A model generated the notes under the pieces. That model had not been told where the DNA came from and did not search any database. It saw only the letters and a program-made list of their open reading frames with translations. DNA of 64,000 nucleotides from assembly GCA_007376145.1 (NCBI GenBank), contig VMFP01000003.1:28741-92740 (forward strand). The letters are read 5' to 3'. This DNA comes from Parcubacteria group bacterium Gr01-1014_38. GTDB taxonomy: Bacteria; Patescibacteriota; Andersenbacteria; UBA10190; CAIZMI01. A program made the translations under genes and the position numbers. Shown here piece after piece: positions 9,601 to 17,981 of the stretch (position 1 is its first letter; the number at the start of each line of letters is the position of its first letter).

Positions 9601-9996
9601 CCGAAATTTACCTATGACGATCAGAAGTATTACGCACTTGATACCCTATTCGTAATGACGGGCGAATCTCTGAAATACTTGTTAGCAATTCTCAATTCGA
9701 AAATTTCCGAATGGTACTTCGCCCAAATCTCGACGAGTTCTGGCATGGGAACCACTAGATGGAAGAAGTACAAAATTGAACAGTTTCCAATAAAAAAGAT
9801 ATCTAAGGAGGAACAAAAGCCGATTGTACACCTAATCGATAAAATACTTTCCCTAACGATGGGCGAGGACTATTCGGCAAGCGATACGAAGCAAGCCAAA
9901 GTCCGCGAATACGAAAGACAAATCGACCAGCTCGTCTATAAACTCTACGGTCTTACACCAGAGGAGATTTCAATTGTTGAGCAAGGCAATGGCTAA
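6691..9996 (+). CDS. Eco57I/Type IIG-like N6-adenine DNA methyltransferase with C-terminal TaqI-like specificity domain
   Basis: FLNGGLF, LGKVFENLL, GTYYTPREIV, DPAVGSGAF (motif I), ANPPY (motif IV), C-terminal IDQLVYKLYGLTPEEI. ATGA overlap with the helicase. Confidence 0.92.
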   Translation: MTREQAKQLVQEALQRPFDKGGFVRLVRNLLNHLEDAPFTYSGNTMRHAYANAVKSLERIGKYEDPEGRKIDVLVVNLRHVHALDHARTMQRNFIAWYLNGSRGDVFKDAALVAFHADDAPDWRFSLVRMDYRLTKSGEKVKAVTELTPARRFSFLVGQHEKTHTAQKQLLPILEDDTHDPLLSNLEQAFSIETVTKEFFGRYRDLFLETKEALDKVARRDNAVREEFSNKEVDTTDFAKKLLGQIVFLYFLQKKGWFGVARTGKWGSGPKNFLRQLFEKKHGDYKNFFNDILEPLFYEALAKERDNDFYSRFNCKIPFLNGGLFDPIYNYDWVHTDILLPDELFSNTLRTKEGDIGAGILDVFDRYNFTVKEDEPLEKDVAVDPEMLGKVFENLLEVKDRKSKGTYYTPREIVHYMCQESLVNYLAAELEGMVGREDIETLIKYGETAVEHDRHVEEGGETPTYQHRLPEAVRARAKVIDDKLADIRVCDPAVGSGAFPVGMMNEVVRTRNALTNYVEDKDDRSMYEFKRHAIQSSLYGVDIDPGAVEIAKLRLWLSLVVDEEDIKKIKPLPNLDYKMVQGDSLSSVQKNLFNQPLFNKLEELKPKFFEETNARKKQEYRRQIDELIDQITRGHKDFDYEVYFSEVFHEKKGFDVAIANPPYLQIQKMAKSEKERFRKIFRTFSKTGDIYCLFYERAIQILKQDGTLTFITSNSWLRARYGELLRKLLIEKANPVRLINYEDARMFEHAIVETNILIAQKSQWNGRLHATTVKNNNLNALPLDEYVKGNTSVISDLGVDSWNIADKASSGLKKKIESHSVSLKDLNVSVYRGITTGFVEAFVVDEEIRRNLITQDEKSAEVIKPVLRGQDAGRYFYAWKGLWLITLQSGWTNRNRGGKSPESFFAETYPAVHEYLKGVGSKIKIGAIKAKGKGLYGRDDQGDYWWELRDCDFYSEFEKEKVIWGELSDKPKFTYDDQKYYALDTLFVMTGESLKYLLAILNSKISEWYFAQISTSSGMGTTRWKKYKIEQFPIKKISKEEQKPIVHLIDKILSLTMGEDYSASDTKQAKVREYERQIDQLVYKLYGLTPEEISIVEQGNG

Positions 9997-11032
9997 GCGT
10001 CTTACTATTATTCTCGGTGCCGGTGCATCCTATAGCGTCAATCCGGATGGAAAGGCACTTGATACCCCTGGTTATCGACCACCTCTCGCGCATGAGATTT
10101 TTCGAGGTAGTCGAGAATTTAGAGTTATTTTGAATAAGTATCCACTCGCGGAACTCCTCGCAAGTGATATCGATCGCCGCATAAAACAGAACCGACAAGG
10201 AGTTGGGCTCGAACAAATCTTGCGTAGTTACGAGCAGGAAGTAACGGCGGGACGTGATTCACACATCGCCCGTCAGTTTTTGCAAATCCCTCTCTATCTT
10301 AATGAATTGTTCGGAGAGATAACGACTCACTTTACCAAACAGCCCGATGAGTACAACAACCTCGTGAATATAGCGCTCGGTCACCTCGATGAAGTTCTGT
10401 TTCTGACTCTGAATTACGACAATCTTTTTGAGATAGCGTTATCTCGAATCTCTAGCGTAGATTTTTCTGCAGAGCATCATTATACGCACGATGACAAATG
10501 GAAGCTCGTTAAACTTCACGGGTCGGTCAACTGGTATCGCCAGTTTTCGGGCTATCAGATTACAGAAGCAAGTGACAAGGAGTATTTTGCCCAACTGCAG
10601 CGCACTCCTCTTCCTCTTCAGCTTGACGATCGATTCATTTTAACGAGCCTACACGAGCATGCTCGGAAGTACATCGGGAACGCTCCTGTATATCCAGCAC
10701 TCACGGTACCCGTCGATGGAAAGTATCAACTGAATTCGCCGCCCGAGCATATTCAGTCCGCGACGGATTTTCTCTCAGGGTGCGAAAACTACCTCATTAT
10801 CGGCACGAGTGGTCGTGATCGCGATTTACTTGACCTGCTCCAGCAGCACGCACGGCAAGGGAAAGTTTTGGTTGTTGGGAGAGAGCAAGAAAATGCCGAG
10901 CGCACGAAGAGGAATTTTCAGGAAGTTGTCCCACAATTTCGATCTGATATGTCTGTGTATTCTCACCCGAGAGGATTCAGTGAATTTGTTGACAGCGGAG
11001 CACTGGACGAATTCTTACATAAGATCGCGTAA
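9989..11032 (+). CDS. SIR2-like domain protein (putative NADase defence effector)
   Basis: IILGAGAS, TLNYDNLFE, KLHGSVNW, LIIGTS..DRDL are SIR2_2-type motifs. The start overlaps the MTase stop by 8 nt. Confidence 0.85.
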   Translation: MAKRLTIILGAGASYSVNPDGKALDTPGYRPPLAHEIFRGSREFRVILNKYPLAELLASDIDRRIKQNRQGVGLEQILRSYEQEVTAGRDSHIARQFLQIPLYLNELFGEITTHFTKQPDEYNNLVNIALGHLDEVLFLTLNYDNLFEIALSRISSVDFSAEHHYTHDDKWKLVKLHGSVNWYRQFSGYQITEASDKEYFAQLQRTPLPLQLDDRFILTSLHEHARKYIGNAPVYPALTVPVDGKYQLNSPPEHIQSATDFLSGCENYLIIGTSGRDRDLLDLLQQHARQGKVLVVGREQENAERTKRNFQEVVPQFRSDMSVYSHPRGFSEFVDSGALDEFLHKIA

Positions 11033-11042
11033 ACATTCTGTC

Positions 11043-11372
11043 ATGTATCATCGTATATTTTGGGAACGGAAGGTCGAAGAAATACCTTGTCGTTGCTGTG
11101 GCTCGTTTAAAGCGACGCTCCGTTACAGTAAAGACGCTGAAAAGCTTTTTAAGGAAAAACTGTTTGAGCAATTTCGCGAGCACGCATACTGGAATCACTG
11201 GTATAACAAACACTACAACTGCGTGCGCTGCGGCCAATGGATTCCACCTGCTGAACGGGAACTAATCGTGGCCCATGGTTACCCCATCGATAATGTCCAT
11301 CCCGATTATTGCAAGGAGGAACAGCCCCATCTTCTTCGCATACACCGTCGCTGCCTAGATGAGTTATCGTAA
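11043..11372 (+). CDS. Small Cys/His-rich putative Zn-binding protein
   Basis: CRCC, CVRC, HPDYC and HRRC motifs. ATG lies 10 nt after the SIR2 stop. Confidence 0.55.
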   Translation: MYHRIFWERKVEEIPCRCCGSFKATLRYSKDAEKLFKEKLFEQFREHAYWNHWYNKHYNCVRCGQWIPPAERELIVAHGYPIDNVHPDYCKEEQPHLLRIHRRCLDELS

Positions 11373-11377
11373 GTCGT

Positions 11378-11881
11378 ATGCCACAGTGCACTTCCTGCGG
11401 ATCGAGCGATTTCACACAGTACGGCCCTTACGCGGGCAGAATTGTTGCTGGAGGTGAAGTTCCTGATCTTAAGGATCAGATCATTGCGAGAAAATGTTCA
11501 GCCTGTGAATATCTTCAACTGGAAAAGCAGCTTACATCGGGCGTGAGAGTTGCCACAGCGCATATTGTAAAGGAAGGTCGTGCTGAGGACGTGCAACGGA
11601 TCATCGTCCGCTTCCTCTCCGACGAGCCGGATCAAAACGCTTTAATAAAGGAGTTCTACATCTGGCTTACCCAAGTATTCGTCGAGGATTTATTGAGACT
11701 TAAGGAGAGTGCAGAGGCACATGATTTTCTTCAAGCTGCAATTTTGGTTGCTGGATCGGAGTATAGAAAGGCGCATCAAGTGCCGAAGTATGGCGGAGTA
11801 GATTGCAGGGAGGAGTTTGGCGGCTGTCGGATCGTCTCCCGTCCGGAGACGTACAACTATCCTATCAAGCCGGATGTGTGA
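11378..11881 (+). CDS. Hypothetical protein with N-terminal Zn ribbon
   Basis: CTSC...CSAC pair; 5-nt gap to the previous gene. Confidence 0.55.
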   Translation: MPQCTSCGSSDFTQYGPYAGRIVAGGEVPDLKDQIIARKCSACEYLQLEKQLTSGVRVATAHIVKEGRAEDVQRIIVRFLSDEPDQNALIKEFYIWLTQVFVEDLLRLKESAEAHDFLQAAILVAGSEYRKAHQVPKYGGVDCREEFGGCRIVSRPETYNYPIKPDV

Positions 11882-11924
11882 ATTTTCCCACGATTTTTCT
11901 GCCTTATAACTGAACCAAAAGCAC

Positions 11925-13136
11925 ATGATAGCGCGCAGAGATACACCAAACTATAGAATATACGCTCTAGTCATTGGAGAGATACTTCGGCCAGGAAAAC
12001 TATTTGATTGCGAGATTAAAGAAATGAGTTTTGTAGAACAAGAAAAGAGAAGATTTTCCCCCATTGAGAGTGTTTTTTCTGGGAGGCACGGTGGAGATAG
12101 CAAAACTTACGCCACGCGCCTGCCTTACGTGGATCCGATGAGAATTAAGTCGGAACGTGTGGTTGTGTGCGATATTGATGAGGATGACGTAAAAGCTGCT
12201 CTAGGAGGCGCGATTAGACGAATTGAGAGGCTGTGCCGATTTTTGTCGGTCGCATATGTCGAAGATGCGAAGAAGAATTTTAGGAGAGAGCGCTTTGGAC
12301 TAACGCCATACCTCTATCAAGTAAACAAAGTCTACTCACTTGATACCGGCGGAAAGGAGCTAGATGCAGGCTTCAAGTTGGAAAGTGACTATGTTTATCT
12401 ACCGAATAGGCCTGAGCTCAACCAGTGGCGGCACAAAGAAACCGAGAAATTTCTGGAAGATATTTTTATTTTTCATGACGAGACATTAGAGCGAGCAATT
12501 AAGTATCTGTATCGATCCTCCATCGGACACTTTGTGGGAGATAGTCCTGAAAAAAGAGCTCTCGACCACATAAAATCAATCGAAATCATCTTGAATTCTC
12601 TATCAAGTAAAAGAAAGTTCGAGGGCAAGCTTAACGAGGCTGCTAACAAAATTGATCTCACCGAGAACGAGAAAGAAGCAATAAAGAAACTTTGGGAGAA
12701 TAGGTCGCGTTATGGTGACGTTGCCCATCCTTCTCCCTTCGATCAAGTTGAACGGTACCCAAACCAGTTCCCATTACCCAGTAATGTTCGATATCCGGGA
12801 GGAATCCATGACTCAATCGCGATCAATGTTTGTTTGAAGTACTTCTCCTACAGGAGAAGTTTATATGTCATAGACATAGAGAAGCCTTTTCGTGGTGAGG
12901 GCGTATCCAGCGACAGACAGGACGAAGAGGATATTATCGGTAATGTAAACCCCCAGTGGGAGAGCAACCACTTGTTTTTTAGGACTTCCGAAAAGGAAGA
13001 GAAAAAGCTTACGAAAAAAATACGACAGGCATTCGCTCGCGAATATGGAATTAGCGAAGGTCGTATTCTCAATGTTGTCGTTAAGCGGATTAGGAATAAG
13101 GAGAGCGTTATTGTAAGAGTGCAACCAACTGCGTGA
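11925..13136 (+). CDS. Putative HEPN-domain protein (ApeA/MAE-like architecture)
   Basis: LERAIKYLYRS..ALDHIKSIEIIL..KKLWENRSRYGDVAH gives the helical context plus an R-x5-7-H motif. AT-rich. Confidence 0.55.
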   Translation: MIARRDTPNYRIYALVIGEILRPGKLFDCEIKEMSFVEQEKRRFSPIESVFSGRHGGDSKTYATRLPYVDPMRIKSERVVVCDIDEDDVKAALGGAIRRIERLCRFLSVAYVEDAKKNFRRERFGLTPYLYQVNKVYSLDTGGKELDAGFKLESDYVYLPNRPELNQWRHKETEKFLEDIFIFHDETLERAIKYLYRSSIGHFVGDSPEKRALDHIKSIEIILNSLSSKRKFEGKLNEAANKIDLTENEKEAIKKLWENRSRYGDVAHPSPFDQVERYPNQFPLPSNVRYPGGIHDSIAINVCLKYFSYRRSLYVIDIEKPFRGEGVSSDRQDEEDIIGNVNPQWESNHLFFRTSEKEEKKLTKKIRQAFAREYGISEGRILNVVVKRIRNKESVIVRVQPTA

Positions 13137-13166
13137 TAAAGCACCCTATTGGATTAGTGGAGCACC

Positions 13167-13643
13167 ATGGAAATCCTCGACGAGCAGCAAATCATTGAAA
13201 GGCGCCGGGAAACCGAGCAAGGCCTTGTGGATCTCCTCGAAGAAACGGGAAGCGATTTCGGTTTGGATGACATCAAGGAGATCATCTTCAACGAAGACGG
13301 ACAGGACGACCTCACCGACATCATTGCGATGTTCGATACCGGTCAGGGCGCGGCCGAACTTCAGGATGTTCTCGACCTCGTCACCGACGCCTGGAATTGC
13401 TTTCCACACAAATCTTTAGGCGGCCTCTCGCCGGCGGAGAAGGTGCTGGCATATCAGCAACGCAGCGACGGAGCGCCGGACCACCCGTCCGCGAATACCG
13501 TAGGAGGTGTTGGGGTATTCGTTTGTCGATGCGACGATCCCCACTGCGCGAAGTGCCTTCTCGTCAATTGCGAAGACAATCACTGCTCCGTCCACACGAA
13601 GGAACGAAAAGAGGCGTTCCGCAGAACATACCGCCAGCGATAG
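13167..13643 (+). CDS. Acidic hypothetical protein with C-terminal Cys/His cluster
   Basis: GGAG RBS; DAWNCFPHKSLGGLSPAE motif; tail CRCDDPHCAKCLLVNCEDNHCSVH. Confidence 0.65.
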   Translation: MEILDEQQIIERRRETEQGLVDLLEETGSDFGLDDIKEIIFNEDGQDDLTDIIAMFDTGQGAAELQDVLDLVTDAWNCFPHKSLGGLSPAEKVLAYQQRSDGAPDHPSANTVGGVGVFVCRCDDPHCAKCLLVNCEDNHCSVHTKERKEAFRRTYRQR

Positions 13644-14066
13644 CTACGCGGTGGGCAGTAACCCGCCTTGCAAGAGAGGAAGTTTGATTAAATCACGGAG
13701 CTGATCGGGATTTTTGGCAAGATCAACCTCAACCCACGAGGCGAAGGCGTTATGTCGCTGAAGCACGGTCTTCTCCTCTTCAAACACATCGTCGTCAAAC
13801 CAGAGGAAATTTCGTGAGAAATCAATCGCTTCTGTTTTCAGCGTCGTCCAATTAGTAGGCTTCACTTGCCGTAACAGAGATAGAGTCTCAGAGGGTAGGT
13901 ATCGTGACAGAATACGGAGAGGCTGGGCCGTATCTCCTTTGCAATGCGTCGTGAGCCAATAGGTTTGATAGCGCTCGACGACGTACCGAATGAACGCATC
14001 AACATGCCGCGCTGGCTGCTTATCGTTTGCCAACAAGACTCCGTCGATGTCGAGATAAATGTCCAT
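13644..14066 (-). CDS. Small HAD-superfamily phosphatase (Swiss-army-knife RNA-repair-like HAD)
   Basis: YLDIDGVL (motif I), WLTT (II), K (III), WFDDD (IV). Confidence 0.8.
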   Translation of the reverse strand: MDIYLDIDGVLLANDKQPARHVDAFIRYVVERYQTYWLTTHCKGDTAQPLRILSRYLPSETLSLLRQVKPTNWTTLKTEAIDFSRNFLWFDDDVFEEEKTVLQRHNAFASWVEVDLAKNPDQLRDLIKLPLLQGGLLPTA

Positions 14067-14140
14067 ATGCTCATCATAGACCTTTCCGCCGCGTTCTCCG
14101 TAGTCTAGAGTATGATGCAAATGATCAGCCGAATTCGCTT

Positions 14141-14632
14141 ATGACAGGATTCATTGTTGCGGCACTTATTGTTGTTGGCGGCATCGTCCTATATGCATTG
14201 CGACGCATGTTTCGCCACGGCGGGCGAATCACCAAGTATTTCGAAAATGCCGTGACCGTCTATATCTGGCTGGGTGAAGAAGATGCGCGGATTGCAGCCG
14301 TCACTGCCGCCAAGGTAGCGGCGAAAAGGCAGAGAAAACTCATGGCAGGGTATCTGAAACTACACGCAGAGCTATCCGAAATTTCGATTATTCCGGAGGC
14401 ACAGGAATCCATCCAAACCCTTCGAGAGCTCATAGATGACATTGAAGCCAAGGAGTGGAGTATACGGGACATCATGAAGGCAAAGGATAAACTCGAAGCA
14501 AGCAATCCTGAATATCTCAGGGCACTGAATAGAGCAGATAGTGGGATTTTTCCTCGAAAGTATCCGCGACTATTTGCGGCAAAGAGTATTCGCGAGACTG
14601 CTGCAATCGCCAAGAAAATGCAGAGCAGTTAA
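14141..14632 (+). CDS. Membrane-anchored hypothetical protein
   Basis: N-terminal TM helix GFIVAALIVVGGIVLYAL; TATGAT -10 at 14111. Confidence 0.6.
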   Translation: MTGFIVAALIVVGGIVLYALRRMFRHGGRITKYFENAVTVYIWLGEEDARIAAVTAAKVAAKRQRKLMAGYLKLHAELSEISIIPEAQESIQTLRELIDDIEAKEWSIRDIMKAKDKLEASNPEYLRALNRADSGIFPRKYPRLFAAKSIRETAAIAKKMQSS

Positions 14633-14643
14633 GCGTTCATTCT

Positions 14644-15258
14644 GTGGCCACAGTAACTGAAAAATCGCTCGCGGAATTCAAACGAATCTACAAGAAGGAA
14701 TACGGCAAAGATATAGGCGACGCCGAGGCGCGCGACGCCGCGCAGCGCTTGCTGGACGTGTTCAAGCTTCTTCTTGATGTGGATAAGAAGGAGCGAGCAC
14801 GACAACTCAAGCTCAAGGAATCCCCAAAAGGATACCACCTCACCGACGGCACCTACAGCTGTTGTGTCTGCGGGAAGCAGGTCTCCGGTGAAGGAAGTTG
14901 GTACGACAAGCACGGCATTAAGTGCCTTCTCTGCCAGCGGGCGGTCGAGCAGCGAAAGATTCCGGTCAGCGTCTGCACGAACAAAGACAGCTGGTATGCC
15001 ACGTGGGAACTCGCGTACTACTACAAACTGAAATCACCGACGATCCGCAAGCTTGTTCGCAACGGCACCCTGAAAGCCCGCATCGTGCCGCACGAGAATG
15101 GAAGCCCATACTTTTCCGTCTTTCTGGTCAAGGACAACCTCGGTGTTCTTCAACCGAAACCGAAGCCGAAGATCGTTCACGTAGACGAGCGAACCATCAC
15201 CGTCGAGTCCCCGGGATTAACGCTGGGGATTACCAGCCAAAATCTACCCCATCCGTGA
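14644..15258 (+). CDS. Hypothetical Zn-finger/HTH protein, possibly mobile-element associated
   Basis: EFKRIYKKEYG..DAEARDAAQRLL N-terminus, CCVC/CLLC Zn finger, and an excisionase-like WELAYYYKLKSPTIRKLVRNGTLKA segment. Confidence 0.65.
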   Translation: MATVTEKSLAEFKRIYKKEYGKDIGDAEARDAAQRLLDVFKLLLDVDKKERARQLKLKESPKGYHLTDGTYSCCVCGKQVSGEGSWYDKHGIKCLLCQRAVEQRKIPVSVCTNKDSWYATWELAYYYKLKSPTIRKLVRNGTLKARIVPHENGSPYFSVFLVKDNLGVLQPKPKPKIVHVDERTITVESPGLTLGITSQNLPHP

Positions 15259-15329
15259 TTAAGGCATCTTTACAGAAAGGCCACTCTCTACAATAATTCA
15301 TTGTTCTTGGCGGTACTAATTTTTAGAAA

Positions 15330-15355
15330 ACGCCTGCATGGTGACATGCAGGCGT
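15330..15355. terminator. Hairpin between convergent genes (likely terminator)
   Basis: Perfect 11-bp stem ACGCCTGCATG-GTGA-CATGCAGGCGT, with an A-run on the left (T-run on minus). Confidence 0.7.
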
Positions 15356-15369
15356 GAAGTTACCTTGAT

Positions 15370-15939
15370 CTATACGGATCTATATGACTCAAAGAGCTTC
15401 GCGATGGATTCCATCACGCTGATCTCTGTCTCGACATCGCACAGATCATACTTTCCAGAGAAGCCGTCGATGACCTTCGAGACGTAGGCTATCAGCCTGT
15501 CTGACGAAAACAAGTCGATCCTGGCGACAAAGAGACTTTTCCTGTTTTCTTCTATCAGTTTCCGAACCGAGAGCGGCACCTTGTCAGATAACATCGGCGG
15601 ATGCAGGAGGATGATCGGCTTTGCGTGTAAGATCGCATAGGCCGTTTCAATGCTCGCGCTTTCACCGATATATCCGCGATGCCTTCCGTGCTTGTTATGC
15701 ACGATGTGAACAGGATTTGTTCTGATCGCCGCGAAGAAAGCCAACTCGACATCGTAGAACGACTGGTCGGCGGTAGGCATAAACGTAACCGGCGTGCCTT
15801 GGTATTCTCCGACGATCTTGTCGCTGAATGGGAACTGTACCTCGATCCCCGCTGCAACCAATCTTCTCTTCAGGTTGAAAATTCCCCTATCTCTCTTGGA
15901 GAATTTCCCGCTCATTTGTGTTTTCATCGTGTCCGGCAT
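15370..15939 (-). CDS. Nucleoside 2-deoxyribosyltransferase / nucleotide N-glycosidase-fold protein
   Basis: FFAAIR..HIVHN..GYIGESASIETAYAILHAKPIILL, with the conserved catalytic Glu of the NDT/Rcl fold. GGAGG RBS. Confidence 0.6.
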   Translation of the reverse strand: MPDTMKTQMSGKFSKRDRGIFNLKRRLVAAGIEVQFPFSDKIVGEYQGTPVTFMPTADQSFYDVELAFFAAIRTNPVHIVHNKHGRHRGYIGESASIETAYAILHAKPIILLHPPMLSDKVPLSVRKLIEENRKSLFVARIDLFSSDRLIAYVSKVIDGFSGKYDLCDVETEISVMESIAKLFESYRSV

Positions 15940-16006
15940 TACACGACCTCCTTTCTGTTTGAGGCTAAGAAAAAGGCGGCGTGGAAACCCAGCCGCCCAA
16001 TGTTGC

Positions 16007-16663
16007 CTACAAAGCCGTGATTTCTAGCTCCTTAAAGAGATCGGCGGGAACGGCGAATGTCGTCTTCGCTTTGCTCCTCAAGTCGGAAGGCCTGCCGAGT
16101 ATTTCTTCGGCATGGTCAATCGACCCATACCAAAGAGACTTGAACTTCGCCTCTCGCATGCCCTGCATGTCCATATGAGCGACATGAAGCACGCCGGGAT
16201 CAGATTCTTTCATAACTTGTCGGTACTCCGGCTTCGGCTTGCACCGAAATGTAATTTCGGTAAAGAGCGCCTGACGGGTTTTGGGCAGAAAATCGAATCC
16301 TCCGAAGCCGAGCATCCAAGACACCTCTTCTCCGACTCGCACGCGGTATCCGAGGCAGATGCTGTCTTCGCATTCTTCCGCCGATCCCAGAAAGATGCTG
16401 TTGACCTTTTTGAAGGCAAGCAGGAGTTCCTTGAGATCGTCTCGCTTCAAGACTTTCGGAAAGATGATGCTTTTGGTGGAGATTTTCTCGTCGCTGATCG
16501 CTTCTTGGATGAGCGACTCCATTTGTTGCGGATCAACATCGGCAACAGAGAAGTACCACCCGAACTTTTCAGGATCGGAGGCGGCGTGAGCCGCAAAGAG
16601 ACACCCCGCATTTCCTTGCCGGTAGAACGCAAGCTGGTCCTCGACGATGCGTCTCTCAAGCAT
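16007..16663 (-). CDS. Hypothetical protein, remotely YqcI/YcgG-like
   Basis: GNAGCLFAAHAA resembles the xCxFA motif, and LPKTRQALFTEITF resembles the downstream R..F motif. The match is weak. Confidence 0.45.
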   Translation of the reverse strand: MLERRIVEDQLAFYRQGNAGCLFAAHAASDPEKFGWYFSVADVDPQQMESLIQEAISDEKISTKSIIFPKVLKRDDLKELLLAFKKVNSIFLGSAEECEDSICLGYRVRVGEEVSWMLGFGGFDFLPKTRQALFTEITFRCKPKPEYRQVMKESDPGVLHVAHMDMQGMREAKFKSLWYGSIDHAEEILGRPSDLRSKAKTTFAVPADLFKELEITAL

Positions 16664-16758
16664 ATGAACCTCTCTTTCTGTGGGTTGTTTTTCCAGAGAA
16701 CAAACGGGCCTACATCATAAGCCTATTACCCATACTGTCAACATCTTGGGCGATGATA

Positions 16759-16787
16759 CATAAACCCTCTGCCAAAGAGGGTTTATG
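16759..16787. terminator. Hairpin after the SMUG2 gene
   Basis: 12-bp stem CATAAACCCTCT-GCCAA-AGAGGGTTTATG. Confidence 0.65.
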
Positions 16788-16797
16788 AGTCGGCGGG

Positions 16798-17553
16798 CTA
16801 CGAAATTGCCAGAGTAAATATCTTTTTATATTTTCTCAAATATTGACTCCGGTCTTTCCTGCGATATTGAAGAACAAATCTTGGATGTTCCAGAGCATGT
16901 ATCTTTTCGAAAAATCCGTATTCTTCGTTTATGCCCTGAAACACTTTGAGATTCGTTCCCGTGCCCAGCACAATGGCCAGCCTTCTGTTTGCGCCGAAAT
17001 CAATTTGTTTTTTTACGGTCTCTACGAGAAACGGCCGTATTCGAGAAAGAAAACCCGCGTCATCATAGTAATTGTAATTCCTGTTGTCTCGGACAAAACC
17101 AACAGGACAAACCGCAGTCAAGAAAAACGACCCATAAAACGCTTGTACTCCGCCGAGTTTGTTGATGACTTCATAGACAAACCCAGAAGTAAGCTCGCGC
17201 TTTTTCTCAAGCGAGTTGGGAATGCGGCAATACTCCTGTAAGGCTACTGGATCTGTAAAGGGAACCCCCGTGGTTCCGGATCCGAATCTGCCCGGATTGA
17301 TGCCAAAGGCGAAGATACGGTTCTGCGTATCCGAATAAAACTTGTCATAAAACTCCTTTGCGTATCCTCGTGTCTGCGGATGTGCATACGGATAGATGAT
17401 TTCCATTCCAGGCAATAAGAGTTTGCGAGGGAAAACAAGAGTATTGTAAAAATCCAGCACTCGCTCGCCGAATGTCTGTTTCTTGGCCGATTTTTTCATC
17501 TGTAACCTTTCCTTTCTTTCGATTGTTAAAGAGCGCTCTCGGGTTACCATCAT
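16798..17553 (-). CDS. SMUG2/DUF4918-type uracil-DNA glycosylase (start may be 17499)
   Basis: GINPGRFGSGTTGVPFTD (motif 1), RELTSGF, NYNYYD and LEHPRFVLQY (motif 2). Confidence 0.85.
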   Translation of the reverse strand: MMVTRERSLTIERKERLQMKKSAKKQTFGERVLDFYNTLVFPRKLLLPGMEIIYPYAHPQTRGYAKEFYDKFYSDTQNRIFAFGINPGRFGSGTTGVPFTDPVALQEYCRIPNSLEKKRELTSGFVYEVINKLGGVQAFYGSFFLTAVCPVGFVRDNRNYNYYDDAGFLSRIRPFLVETVKKQIDFGANRRLAIVLGTGTNLKVFQGINEEYGFFEKIHALEHPRFVLQYRRKDRSQYLRKYKKIFTLAIS

Positions 17554-17556
17554 ATA

Positions 17557-17979
17557 TTAGCGTATTAAATTCAAGTCGCCATTAATAATCATTGGCCGCA
17601 CTGCTTCAATCTCCTGTTGAATCAATTCAATATCGGGAATTTCGTTCATCAAGAAAATTTTCTTGCCCACAATGTGGGCATACCCAATTTCCAGAAAGGA
17701 ATTGCCTCCGATGTAATTTTCTACGCCCTTCTTTTCGTAGTTCAACACTAAAATTGCATCAGAATGCGCTATAAGCTGGCAATGTTTGCGGATAAGATCG
17801 TTCGCCATCTTTCTTTGAGCGCCTTCCGATCCGCCCATGTTGTTTTTATCAACGCGGCCGTTGGCGTACTCTTCAGTTCCTTCCGGGATAAACACTGTAT
17901 GACCACGCTTTTCGATTTCTTGTCTGGCAATAATCATTTCCTTGGCAAAGGCCATACTGCCACAAAGAGTTATTTTCAT
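17557..17979 (-). CDS. Nucleoside 2-deoxyribosyltransferase / nucleotide N-glycosidase-fold protein
   Basis: MKITLCGSM, GHTVFIP, IAHSDAILVLN, NYIGGNSFLEIGYAHIVGKKIFL. Confidence 0.75.
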   Translation of the reverse strand: MKITLCGSMAFAKEMIIARQEIEKRGHTVFIPEGTEEYANGRVDKNNMGGSEGAQRKMANDLIRKHCQLIAHSDAILVLNYEKKGVENYIGGNSFLEIGYAHIVGKKIFLMNEIPDIELIQQEIEAVRPMIINGDLNLIR

Positions 17980-17981
17980 AC

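Noticed and set aside
3512..9996. DISARM or BREX system
   Set aside because: No DrmA/DrmB (DUF1998), PglZ or BrxC gene is present; only shared domains.
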